A DNA stretch of 64,000 nt from Chlamydiales bacterium (GTDB lineage Bacteria > Chlamydiota > Chlamydiia > Chlamydiales > SM23-39). A program made the translations under genes and the position numbers. The notes below the pieces were generated by a model. The model worked only from the letters and a program-made list of their open reading frames with translations, had not been told where the DNA came from and did not search any database. The stretch spans positions 5,092 to 69,091 of the forward strand of contig JANQFC010000058.1 in NCBI GenBank assembly GCA_028278035.1. Reading direction: 5' to 3'. Of this stretch, positions 27,416-36,423 are shown in pieces. Each line of letters opens with the position of its first letter. Position 1 is the first letter of the stretch.

Positions 27416-28798
27416 CTAGCTTAATTTTTCTTGAAGTAATGTTTTTAAACTGTCGATTTTTACTCTTTCCTGTTTCATAGAATCTCTTTCTCTAATTGTC
27501 ACTGACTTATCTTCTAAACTGTCATAATCTGCTGTGATGCAATAGGGAGTTCCTAATTCATCTTGTCTTCTATATCTTCTGCCAATTGCTCCAGACTCAT
27601 CATATTCGATATTTCCAATTGAATTGATGTCTTTAAATATTTCTTTAGCTATTTTTTTCAGTTCCGGTTTTTTCATTAAAGGAAAAACAGCTGCTTTTAC
27701 CGGAGCTATTTTAGGATCTAAATGAAGTACTGTTCTCGTTTCATTATTTTCCAAAGTCTCCACTTCATAAGCATCGCATAAGACAGCTAAAATAGTTCTG
27801 TCTACTCCAAAGGTAGGCTCTATTACGTGAGGAATGAATCTTTTATTGTTAACATTATCAATATATTCTTGAGATATTTTAGAATGGCATTGATGCTGTT
27901 TTAAATCAAAATCGGTTCTATAAGCCAGGCCGTACAGTTCATTTGTTCCAAAGGGAAAATCATAAGTGATATCAACAGTTCTTTTAGAGTAGTGGGACAG
28001 TTTTTCTTGGGGGTGTTCTGCTTCTTTTAGATTTTTGGGATTAAGTCCAATTAGTTCGCACCATTTTTTCATGTCCTCAAGCCATTTTTCAAAGTGCTCT
28101 TTCCAAGCATTTTCTTCTATAAAGTATTCAATTTCCATTTGTTCAAATTCAATTACTCTAAAAACAAAATTACCGGGGGTAATTTCATTTCTAAAAGCTT
28201 TTCCTATTTGGGCTATTCCAAAAGGAATTTTAACTCTCATAGTATCTACTACATTTTTATATTCTAAAAATATAGCTTGAGCTGTTTCCGGACGTAGATA
28301 TGCAGTGTTATGCTCTGATCCGGTTTTGCTCATTTCAGTTTGGAACATCAAATTGAAATGTCTGGCATCCGTAAAATCTTTGGCTGAACATTTAGGGCAT
28401 TTGATATCGGAGTCTTGTAATATTTTAGAAATTTTATCTAAAGGAAGGCCTTCGACATCTTCATTTAACTCGTCTTCTATGAGCTTGTCAGCTCTGAATC
28501 TAGCTTTGCATTCTTTGCAGTCAACCATTGCATCATTGAAGCTGTCGACGTGACCTGATGCTTTCCATGTCATGGGGTGCAGCAATATAGGACCATCAAT
28601 TCCGACCATATCAATTCTTTGTTTGACGAAGGTTTTCCACCAAAGATCTTTAATGTTGTTTTTAAGTTCTGTTCCGTAAGGCCCAAAAGAATAAGTATTT
28701 GCAAATCCGCCGTAAATTTCAGATCCGGGATATATAAAACCTCTTCTTTTACATAAAGCTACAATATGTTTTAAGGGATCTTCTTTTGTTTTTGTCAT
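27416..28798 (-). CDS. glyQS: Glycyl-tRNA synthetase, single-chain alpha2-dimer (GlyQS/eukaryote-archaeal-like) type
   Basis: About 460 aa. RRGFIYPGSEIYGG, GKAFRNEITPGNFVFRVIEFEQMEIEYF (class II motif 2 region), and EPTFGVDR. The start is at ATG 28798, preceded by AAGAAGG. The tracked TTG at 28816 is less likely. Confidence 0.9.
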   Translation of the reverse strand: MTKTKEDPLKHIVALCKRRGFIYPGSEIYGGFANTYSFGPYGTELKNNIKDLWWKTFVKQRIDMVGIDGPILLHPMTWKASGHVDSFNDAMVDCKECKARFRADKLIEDELNEDVEGLPLDKISKILQDSDIKCPKCSAKDFTDARHFNLMFQTEMSKTGSEHNTAYLRPETAQAIFLEYKNVVDTMRVKIPFGIAQIGKAFRNEITPGNFVFRVIEFEQMEIEYFIEENAWKEHFEKWLEDMKKWCELIGLNPKNLKEAEHPQEKLSHYSKRTVDITYDFPFGTNELYGLAYRTDFDLKQHQCHSKISQEYIDNVNNKRFIPHVIEPTFGVDRTILAVLCDAYEVETLENNETRTVLHLDPKIAPVKAAVFPLMKKPELKKIAKEIFKDINSIGNIEYDESGAIGRRYRRQDELGTPYCITADYDSLEDKSVTIRERDSMKQERVKIDSLKTLLQEKLS

Positions 28799-28915
28799 AA
28801 TAGCCTTCTTTTTCAAGCTTTTAAGTTTTTTAGTTTATATGGAAAACTACTTTTTCTCAATCTTGACGTTTAAAAATATTAATTTTATTGTGAAAGAAAG
28901 AAAAGATTTGAAAAT

Positions 28916-29686
28916 ATGGACGAAAAGCCGTTAGTTTCCATTATTATTATCCTAGATGATTTTTTTCATCTGGCTAATTTGACAATAGAAAGTATTATAC
29001 ATCAAAAAGAAAAGCCTTATGAAATAATAGTAATAGAAACAGCCCATTCAAAAAAAGACCTTGTAATGCTAAAGCCTTATATTGATAAGATTTACAAGAT
29101 ATACCACAGCTTTGATGATAATATCACCCATATTATGAATCAGGCTATTGATAAATCAAATGGCCAGTATCTTCATTTTATGTTTTCAGGGGATACGTAT
29201 GTGTCTAGATATGCATTTGGATATTTAAAAAGCTTAATTGAAGAAAAAAAGAGTCCGGATCTAATATGTTCCGCTTTTTTAAGAAGGGATGCGTTATCTC
29301 CGCCTGAGTCTGTAAATTTTTCTTTTGAGTATTTTTCAAAAGGAAAAATTCCTATGCATATTCAGTCCTGCTGGTTCAATAAAGAGACTTTGAGGCAACT
29401 GCATGGATTTGATCTATGTTTTAAATACCAGTCTGGGTTTGATATGATATGTAAGATTTTTTTGAAAAAAGAAAAAAAAGTTATTTTTTCAAATAGAGTT
29501 TTAACTGATTACGAATACAAGAAAAAACCTTCTAAAGTCTTTATGCGTAGAGCTTGGGAAAATATTAAAATTATTTATAGACATTTTGGGTTTGTTAAGA
29601 CAGTTGCATGGTGGGTAATCCATGATCATTTCAGAATGTTTAAACTCTTTATGTTAAATGTTAAAAGAGCTTTTTGGAATCCTTAA
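28916..29686 (+). CDS. Family 2 glycosyltransferase
   Basis: 256 aa. VSIIIILDD...IIVIE...G.YLHFMFSGD fits the GT-A fold N-terminal half and its DxD-like region. Confidence 0.7.
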   Translation: MDEKPLVSIIIILDDFFHLANLTIESIIHQKEKPYEIIVIETAHSKKDLVMLKPYIDKIYKIYHSFDDNITHIMNQAIDKSNGQYLHFMFSGDTYVSRYAFGYLKSLIEEKKSPDLICSAFLRRDALSPPESVNFSFEYFSKGKIPMHIQSCWFNKETLRQLHGFDLCFKYQSGFDMICKIFLKKEKKVIFSNRVLTDYEYKKKPSKVFMRRAWENIKIIYRHFGFVKTVAWWVIHDHFRMFKLFMLNVKRAFWNP

Positions 29687-29738
29687 GTTTATTTAATCTT
29701 ATTTATCTTTTATACTTATTTACAAAAAACTCAATTTT

Positions 29739-30752
29739 ATGAATATTTTAGATTCTTTAGATCAGTTAGACGTATATTTTGAGAAGATCCAAGAGAAACA
29801 ATTTAGAAAAAATCAAATAATTGATTGGATTTTTAAAAAATATGCTACCACATTTGAAGAGATGACAAATATTTCTTTTGTGCTTAAAGATAAGTTAAAA
29901 AAAGCTTTTTTTTTATCTAGCATGAAGCTTGTAAAAATTGAAGAATCTGAAAATAAGCAAACAAAGAAGTTCTTGTTTCAATTTGATGATGGTCATTTTA
30001 TAGAATCTGTTCTTATCTTATCGAATAACAGAAAAACTGTTTGCGTATCTTCCCAAGTAGGATGTCCTATACGATGTACATTTTGTGCATCTGGCAAAAA
30101 AGGGTTTTTTAGAAATTTGAAAGTATCTGAAATATTACTTCAGATCTTATATATTTGTAATTTTACGAAGCAGGACATTACTCATGTTGTATTTATGGGG
30201 ATGGGGGAACCTTTATTGAATTTTGATGCAGTTATAAAATCTATTAAAATAATATCTGATGAGAAATACTTTAAAATATCGCAAAGAAGAATAACTCTTT
30301 CTACCGTCGGCATAGTAGAAAATATTTACAGATTGGCTCAAGAGGATCTAAAAATTAATCTGGTATTATCTCTGCATGCACCGAATGATGAAATAAGAAA
30401 AAAAATTATTCCTCATTCGAAAAATTATCCTTTAAAAAATATATTTAAAGCTTTAGATGAGTATTTCAATATTACAAAAAGAGATATTGCATATGAATAT
30501 ATTCTAATAGAAGAGATAAATGACAATTTAGACCATGCTCAAAAATTAGTAGATCTTTTAGAAGATAAACAGTGCTCTGTTAATCTTATTCCTTATAATG
30601 AAATAGATAGTCTGAGCTATAAAAAACCATCTTCTAAAAGAGTAGATGCTTTCAAGAATTTTCTTAAAAGAAAAAAGATTATTACCACTCAAAGATATAC
30701 TAAGGGAGATGATATTGCAGCAGCCTGCGGACAGCTGGCTGTTAAAAATTAA
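29739..30752 (+). CDS. rlmN: 23S rRNA/tRNA adenine-C2 methyltransferase RlmN (radical SAM)
   Basis: CPIRCTFCASG cluster motif, MGMGEPL, and C-terminal DIAAACGQL with the conserved catalytic Cys. Confidence 0.9.
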   Translation: MNILDSLDQLDVYFEKIQEKQFRKNQIIDWIFKKYATTFEEMTNISFVLKDKLKKAFFLSSMKLVKIEESENKQTKKFLFQFDDGHFIESVLILSNNRKTVCVSSQVGCPIRCTFCASGKKGFFRNLKVSEILLQILYICNFTKQDITHVVFMGMGEPLLNFDAVIKSIKIISDEKYFKISQRRITLSTVGIVENIYRLAQEDLKINLVLSLHAPNDEIRKKIIPHSKNYPLKNIFKALDEYFNITKRDIAYEYILIEEINDNLDHAQKLVDLLEDKQCSVNLIPYNEIDSLSYKKPSSKRVDAFKNFLKRKKIITTQRYTKGDDIAAACGQLAVKN

Positions 30753-30821
30753 GTATTTATTTCCTTGCTAATATTGCAATTCTAACATAACATTTTTATA
30801 GTTAAAAAATTTGGAAAATTA

Positions 30822-31409
30822 ATGAATATAGCCAATTATATCACTTTCTTAAGAATTGTAATAATTCCTTTATTTCCACTTTTTTATTTAAAATATGATT
30901 TTTTCAAAATTCCAATAATCTGGCTTCCTTATGTACTTTTATTTATATTGGTCTTTTGTGAAGTGACGGATTTAATAGACGGATTTGTAGCGAGAAAAAA
31001 AAATCAGGTTACCGATTTTGGAAAAATCATAGATCCTATGGCTGATACTATTACCAATATATCTGTTTTATTTACTTTTACCCAGAACTGGATAGATCTT
31101 CCTATTTTATTGGTATTTGTTTTTTTATACAGAGAGTTTTTTATAAGTACATTAAGGACTATATGTGCCTTGAAGGGTGTTACTTTAGCTGCTCGAAAAT
31201 CAGGTAAGATTAAGACCTTTATGCAGGCAGTAGTTGTTATTTTCATAGTGTTTTTGATGATACCCTTTACTTTAGGGTATATTTCTTTAGAGGTGCTTCA
31301 GTTGATTAGTATTACATTAGTTGGTATTTCAGCTATTTATAGCGTTATAAGTGCAGTAGATTATATTTATGCCAATAGATCTTATTTGAAAAAATTTCTA
31401 CTTCAGTAA
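30822..31409 (+). CDS. pgsA: CDP-diacylglycerol--glycerol-3-phosphate 3-phosphatidyltransferase
   Basis: CDP-alcohol phosphatidyltransferase motif DGFVARKKNQVTDFGKIIDPMADT, in a polytopic protein of 195 aa. Confidence 0.85.
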   Translation: MNIANYITFLRIVIIPLFPLFYLKYDFFKIPIIWLPYVLLFILVFCEVTDLIDGFVARKKNQVTDFGKIIDPMADTITNISVLFTFTQNWIDLPILLVFVFLYREFFISTLRTICALKGVTLAARKSGKIKTFMQAVVVIFIVFLMIPFTLGYISLEVLQLISITLVGISAIYSVISAVDYIYANRSYLKKFLLQ

Positions 31410-32870
31410 TTTTTTATATATCTGTAAGTATTCTTTTAAAGATTTGTCCCAACAAAAATCAAGCTGCATGTTTTTTTTGATGATTTTGTAAAAAGCGTCT
31501 TTCTTCTGCCAAAATTTTAAAGCTCTTTTTAAAGCTGATTCTACACCTTTTTTAGAAAAGTCTTTGAAAACAAAACCATTTTTTTTGTTTTTAGCAATTT
31601 TTTTGTCGTCAATGTCAAAAACAGTATCAGCCAGTCCTCCTGTTTTTCTAACAATAGGTATTGCCCCGTACTTAAAGGCTATTATTTGGGTAAGTCCGCA
31701 TGGTTCGAATAAGGAAGGCACTATTATAAAATCGGAAGCTGCAAATATTAAATGGGATAAAGCTTCATCATAATGAAAATTAATAGATGCATTTTTATTA
31801 TTTTTGACTTGTTTTTTTAAACTATTAAAAAATTGGTCCATTTTTTTATTAAAGGGAGTGCCTAAAATGATAAACTGACCGTTTAGCTCTAAAGTTTTAA
31901 TTAGGGCATGTTTTATAAGCTCTGGACCTTTTTGATCTACCAGCCTGCCGATATTTGCTACAATAGGCAGATCTTTTTGATTTAAATTTAATTTTTTTCT
32001 GAGAAGTTTTTTATTTTTGTTTTTTATTTTTATTATTTTTTTTATAGGGTCGGTGCAGCTGTAATTATTTTTTAAAAGCTTATCGCATTTAGGATTGAAA
32101 GTATGTTTCTCAATTCCATTAACAATGCCTTTTATTTTTCTTTTGTATTTTTTTAGCAATGATTCTAGTGAGCACCCAAGTTTTTTAGTTAAAATTTCTT
32201 TGGCGTATGTTTTAGATACAGGTACTATAAAGTCAGAATAAACAATACCACCCTTTAATAAATTAATAGTTCTTTTATGTTTTGGATCTTGGAGCTTGTT
32301 AGGTTGGAGATATTTTTTATGATCGATGCCGATATCTTTTAATAATCTGGCAGGGCAATGGCCTTGATACATAAGGTTGTGAATAGATAAAACGATCCCT
32401 TTTATCGAGAGATTTTCTTTTGAGTATGTATCTTTTAACAATGGAGCGATAAAAGAAGTATGCCAGTCATGGATATGGACTATATCTGCTTTTTGTATAT
32501 GCCTTTTTAAAAATTCACATGAGGTTTTGCAAAAATATAAAAACCTTTCGCAGTCATTTTTATAACCGTAAATATGCTCTTTTTCAAAAAACTTATTTTT
32601 GGGTTTTATTAAATAAACCTTAATGCCATTTAATGTGCCTTGATATATGGCGTTTTTGTTAAATCTGTTTTTGTAGCTAATATTAAAGTCTTTTTTTAAT
32701 ATTTTAAGGTCTTTTAAAAAGCTTTTTTTAAGGTTTTTATAAAAAGGGATAATAACAGATGTATCTTGTTTATCAAGATGCAGTCTATAGCTTAGGCCCT
32801 GTACTACATCTCCTAGGCCTCCAACTTTAGCAATAGGTGATAATTCTGCTGCTATATGTATGATTTTCAA
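31398..32870 (-). CDS. glgA: Glycogen synthase
   Basis: 490 aa. N-terminal MKIIHIAAELSPIAKVGGLGDVV (KxGGL motif) and C-terminal PSLFEPCGLTQ. Confidence 0.9.
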   Translation of the reverse strand: MKIIHIAAELSPIAKVGGLGDVVQGLSYRLHLDKQDTSVIIPFYKNLKKSFLKDLKILKKDFNISYKNRFNKNAIYQGTLNGIKVYLIKPKNKFFEKEHIYGYKNDCERFLYFCKTSCEFLKRHIQKADIVHIHDWHTSFIAPLLKDTYSKENLSIKGIVLSIHNLMYQGHCPARLLKDIGIDHKKYLQPNKLQDPKHKRTINLLKGGIVYSDFIVPVSKTYAKEILTKKLGCSLESLLKKYKRKIKGIVNGIEKHTFNPKCDKLLKNNYSCTDPIKKIIKIKNKNKKLLRKKLNLNQKDLPIVANIGRLVDQKGPELIKHALIKTLELNGQFIILGTPFNKKMDQFFNSLKKQVKNNKNASINFHYDEALSHLIFAASDFIIVPSLFEPCGLTQIIAFKYGAIPIVRKTGGLADTVFDIDDKKIAKNKKNGFVFKDFSKKGVESALKRALKFWQKKDAFYKIIKKNMQLDFCWDKSLKEYLQIYKKLLK

Positions 32871-32978
32871 ATTTTTGCCCCCAATTTGCTTTTATACAAA
32901 AAAGATTTTTTATAAAAGAGCTTTTTGGACAGTTGATAATAAATCTTGATATTCTGTATAGTTATATTGATTTTTTGT

Positions 32979-33050
32979 TGGGGTGTCGCCAAGCGGTAAG
33001 GCAGCGGTTTTTGGTACCGCCATGCGGAGGTTCGAATCCTTCCACCCCAG
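32979..33050 (+). tRNA. tRNA-Gln (anticodon UUG)
   Basis: The sequence TGGGGTGTCGCCAAGCGGTAAGGCAGCGGTTTTTGGTACCGCCATGCGGAGGTTCGAATCCTTCCACCCCAG folds as a cloverleaf. It has a 7-bp acceptor with a U1-A72 pair, an anticodon stem GCGGT/ACCGC with loop TTTTGGT (positions 34-36 = TTG), and a T-arm GGAGG-TTCGAAT-CCTTC. It is close to E. coli tRNA-Gln. CCA is not encoded. Confidence 0.92.
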
Positions 33051-33081
33051 AATATTCCAAGGAATTATGCTTAAAAGCAAG

Positions 33082-33099
33082 CTGTCGCTGAAGCGACAG
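33082..33099. other. GC-rich perfect hairpin 31 nt downstream of tRNA-Gln
   Basis: CTGTCGC-TGAA-GCGACAG has a 7-bp perfect stem and a tetraloop. It is conspicuous in an AT-rich spacer and has no U-tract after it. Confidence 0.3.
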
Positions 33100-33270
33100 A
33101 GAGGTAGGGCCAAAATATCCTATCTCATGGAATAAGTCATAAATTTTTTTTAGCTTATCTAGCCAATTCCTTGGTGTAAATTTTTTTTATTTAAATTAGA
33201 TGAATTTCTTTGTGTGTAAAAAGAAATTTTTCGGGTAAAATAAGTACCATTTTGAAATTTGGAGAATAAA

Positions 33271-33831
33271 ATGGAATTAACAGTAAGTGTTAGAGAAAAT
33301 AAAAGAGTAAATGATAGTAAAAGAATAAGAAGGTGCGGTGGTATTCCTGCAGTTTTATATTCTAAGGGAAATAAAAATGAAAATATTTCTATTAGTAAAG
33401 AAGAATTTTTAAGAGCTTTAAGCACTTTAAAGCCCGGGGATTTATCAACTACTATTTTTACTTTGAAATCAGAAAAACAAACAACAAAAGCGATTATCAA
33501 AGATATTCAATATTTTGTTACTAATTATGAAGTGTCTCATATAGATTTCATGAGATTAGAAGATAAAAATGTTATTCAGGTAGGTGTGCCTGTAAGATAT
33601 ATCGGTGAAGCTGATTGTATTGGTATTAAGCAAGGTGGAACTTTAAGACAGATTATTAGAAAAGTTAAAGTGAAATGTTTGCCTAAAGATATGCCTAAAG
33701 AATTCACAATAGATATTACAAATCTAGAAATGGGTCAAGCTATAAGAATTAAAGATTTACCTTTATCTGACAAAGTAGATACGGTAATCAAAAATAAAGC
33801 TGAAGTAGTAGCCGCAATTACCAAAAGGTAA
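33271..33831 (+). CDS. rplY: 50S ribosomal protein L25 / general stress protein Ctc
   Basis: MELTVSVRENKRVNDSKRIRRCGGIPAVLYSKG plus the C-terminal Ctc domain. ATG 33271 is preceded by GGAG (33261-33264). The tracked TTG at 33259 overlaps that RBS. Confidence 0.85.
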   Translation: MELTVSVRENKRVNDSKRIRRCGGIPAVLYSKGNKNENISISKEEFLRALSTLKPGDLSTTIFTLKSEKQTTKAIIKDIQYFVTNYEVSHIDFMRLEDKNVIQVGVPVRYIGEADCIGIKQGGTLRQIIRKVKVKCLPKDMPKEFTIDITNLEMGQAIRIKDLPLSDKVDTVIKNKAEVVAAITKR

Positions 33832-33834
33832 GTT

Positions 33835-34431
33835 ATGAGATATTTAATAGTAGGACTTGGCAACCCGGGAATCTTGTATGAAAATACAAGACATAATATA
33901 GGATTCAAGGCAGTTAAAAAATTTGCGAAAAAACATGAATTTGACTTTAAAAGAGAAAAAAAATTTAAAGCTAAAATGGCTCATGGCTTTATCAATGATA
34001 AAGAAATTTATCTGATGCTTCCCCAAACTTATATGAATTTAAGCGGGGATGCAGTAAAACTTGCTAAAGACTACTATAAAATAGATATTAAAAATATTTT
34101 AATTGTTGTAGATGATGCTGATATTTCTTTTAATCAATTGAGATTGAAAGAGGACAGTGGATCGGGCGGGCACAGAGGACTTGACAGCATTGAAAAGCAG
34201 TTGAGTTCCAATGCTTATCCAAGGCTGAGAATTGGAATTGGAAGAGAAGATGAAAATGATTTGAAAAAATATGTTTTAAATAGATTTTCAAAAGATGAAA
34301 AAAATCAATTGGATGACCTTTTAGAGCATGTAGTAGATATTATTTCTCTTTGGCTCAAAGACGGTATGAAAAAAGCAGCGAATGTTGCAAACATAAGAAA
34401 AAAAGCTAATAAACAAAAGGAAACTAAATGA
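33835..34431 (+). CDS. pth: Peptidyl-tRNA hydrolase
   Basis: LIVGLGNPG..Y..TRHNIGF, and VVDDADISFNQLRLKEDSGSGGHRGL. Confidence 0.92.
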   Translation: MRYLIVGLGNPGILYENTRHNIGFKAVKKFAKKHEFDFKREKKFKAKMAHGFINDKEIYLMLPQTYMNLSGDAVKLAKDYYKIDIKNILIVVDDADISFNQLRLKEDSGSGGHRGLDSIEKQLSSNAYPRLRIGIGREDENDLKKYVLNRFSKDEKNQLDDLLEHVVDIISLWLKDGMKKAANVANIRKKANKQKETK

Positions 34432-34772
34432 AAAAAGAAAGAAAACGCCTTTATGAAGGTATGTATATTATAAATGCAAATCTTTCTGAAGAAGCAAGAA
34501 ATAAAGCATTAGAAAAAATTGTTAGTGCAATAGAAGAAAAACAGGGTGAACTTCATAAGACCATAGATATGGGAAAGAAAAAATTAGCATATCAAATCGG
34601 TAAGAAAAAAGAAGGTTATTATTACCTTTTATATTTCACTATTGACGCTTCTAAAATTGAAGTTTTATGGAAAGAATATCATCTTAATGAAGATTTAATC
34701 AGGTTTTTAACTTTTAAAACCGATGAAGTAAAAGAAAATTTAGAATTTAAATCATTAATTCAGGAAAGATAA
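34428..34772 (+). CDS. rpsF: 30S ribosomal protein S6
   Basis: 114 aa. YEGMYIINANLSEE...GKKKLAYQI.....GYYYLLYF. It sits in the rpsF-rpsR-rplI operon order. Confidence 0.9.
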   Translation: MKKERKRLYEGMYIINANLSEEARNKALEKIVSAIEEKQGELHKTIDMGKKKLAYQIGKKKEGYYYLLYFTIDASKIEVLWKEYHLNEDLIRFLTFKTDEVKENLEFKSLIQER

Positions 34773-34781
34773 GAGGGAAAT

Positions 34782-35021
34782 ATGAATAAAAGAAAACCAT
34801 CATTTATAACAAGAAAGAAAAAAAATTGTCCCTTTAGTCAGGCCGGTATTAAAGAAATAGATTACAAAGATATTGAAAATCTAAAGCTATTTATTACAGA
34901 AAGAGGCAAAATTCTTCCTCGAAGAATTACCGGGGTAAATTTTAAAAATCAAAGATTACTGAAAAAAGCAATAAAACGAGCAAGACATATGGCGCTTCTG
35001 CCGTTTGTTTTAGAAGAATAA
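34782..35021 (+). CDS. rpsR: 30S ribosomal protein S18
   Basis: 79 aa. [50 protein letters not shown]. Confidence 0.92.
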   Translation: MNKRKPSFITRKKKNCPFSQAGIKEIDYKDIENLKLFITERGKILPRRITGVNFKNQRLLKKAIKRARHMALLPFVLEE

Positions 35022-35044
35022 TATAAAAGGTTAAGGGGTTATAT

Positions 35045-35566
35045 ATGCAAAAGCTGAAATTATTACTTATTGATGATGTTGAGGATTTAGGGAAAAGCGG
35101 TGAAGTTGTATCTGTGAAACCGGGATATGCCAGAAATTTCTTGCTGCCTAAAAGTTTAGCGATGATTGCCGATAAAAATACACTTCGAAGACAGGAAAAA
35201 CTTCAAAAAGAAAGAGCAATTAAAGCAGCTGAGTTCAAAAAAGAGTCGGAAAACCTAGCTAAGCGATTAGCTGAAATGACTTTATCTATTACAGTAAAAG
35301 TCGATCCTGAAGGTAAAATGTACGGATCGGTTACATCTACAGATATCATAGAGCTTTTCAAGAAAGAAAATATAGAAATGCCGAAAAAATGTATTAATTT
35401 GAAAAAGCCTATCAAACAAACAGGTGTTATTGAAGTGCCGTTAAAATTGAAAGAAGATGTTGATGCTGTTATTAAAATAGAAGTTATTCCTGAAAAGATA
35501 GTAGGGCAAAAAGAAGAAAAGTCGAAAAAGAAAAAAGAGACTGAAGATCAAAAAACAGAAGAATAG
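35045..35566 (+). CDS. rplI: 50S ribosomal protein L9
   Basis: 173 aa. MQKLKLLLIDDVEDLGKSGEVVSVKPGYARNFLLPKSLA, followed by a Lys/Glu-rich tail. Confidence 0.9.
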   Translation: MQKLKLLLIDDVEDLGKSGEVVSVKPGYARNFLLPKSLAMIADKNTLRRQEKLQKERAIKAAEFKKESENLAKRLAEMTLSITVKVDPEGKMYGSVTSTDIIELFKKENIEMPKKCINLKKPIKQTGVIEVPLKLKEDVDAVIKIEVIPEKIVGQKEEKSKKKKETEDQKTEE

Positions 35567-35571
35567 GTTTA

Positions 35572-36423
35572 ATGAAATTTATATCTCCTGCAAAAGTAAA
35601 TTTATTTTTCAGGGTTCTTAAAAAAAGAGAAGACGGTTTTCATGAAATAGCGTCAATTTATCAAGCTATTTCTTTAGTTGATGTAATTGATATTGAAAAA
35701 TCTTTAAAAGATGAATTTTCTACTAATTTAAAGCCTTTAAAATTCGATAGTTCAAATTTAGTTATAAAGGCTTTAAATTTATTTAGAGAAAAATCTCAGA
35801 TAAAAAACCCTGTTAAAATTCATTTAGAAAAAAATATTCCTGTTAAGGCAGGGCTTGGCGGTGGCAGCAGCAATGCGGCGACTACGCTTTTTGCTTTAAA
35901 CGCGTTGTTTGCAAATCCGTTAAAAGAAGAAGAGCTAATAGATTTAGCTAAGCAGATTGGATCGGATGTAGCATTTTTCTTTTCTCACGGATCTTCATAC
36001 TGCATAAATAAAGGTGATATTTTTGAAAATATCGATATTAATGTGCCTCCATTTTATATAGTAAAACCATTTTTTGGAATGAATACAAAAGATGTATATG
36101 AGAATTTCAGTTTGAAAAGTATTCAAAATATTGATCCTATAAAAATATTAGCCAGTTACCTGCAAGATAATAATGTTTATATAAATGATTTGGAAACATC
36201 TGCTTTTTTATTAAATCCAAAACTAGTCAAAATTAAAAAGTATTTGTATGACTTAGGTTTTTCAAAAGTATGTATGACAGGCAGCGGATCATCCTTCATG
36301 GCTTTTGGAAATATTCAGCCAAAATCATCTAAAGAAATTTTGTTTAATTTAGTTCATCCTATCCAAAGAAAAGAAAAAAAATGGTATGCTTTTTCAAAAA
36401 AGGCGTGCGATGAAGTCAGATAA
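35572..36423 (+). CDS. ispE: 4-diphosphocytidyl-2-C-methyl-D-erythritol kinase
   Basis: PAKVNLFFRVLKKREDGFHEI, and the GHMP-kinase motif PVKAGLGGGSSNAAT. Confidence 0.87.
   Translation: MKFISPAKVNLFFRVLKKREDGFHEIASIYQAISLVDVIDIEKSLKDEFSTNLKPLKFDSSNLVIKALNLFREKSQIKNPVKIHLEKNIPVKAGLGGGSSNAATTLFALNALFANPLKEEELIDLAKQIGSDVAFFFSHGSSYCINKGDIFENIDINVPPFYIVKPFFGMNTKDVYENFSLKSIQNIDPIKILASYLQDNNVYINDLETSAFLLNPKLVKIKKYLYDLGFSKVCMTGSGSSFMAFGNIQPKSSKEILFNLVHPIQRKEKKWYAFSKKACDEVR

Noticed and set aside
27350-27424. A 24-aa ORF (MSLEQYEKLLYAINPSVHYLLKLA) in the dnaG/glyS convergent spacer.
   Set aside because: It is too short, has no RBS and overlaps the glyS stop codon. No support.
32910-33500. Minus-strand ORFs at 32910..33113 and 33159..33500.
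   Set aside because: The first overlaps the tRNA-Gln gene. The second is antisense to rplY and its leader. Neither has coding-like composition.
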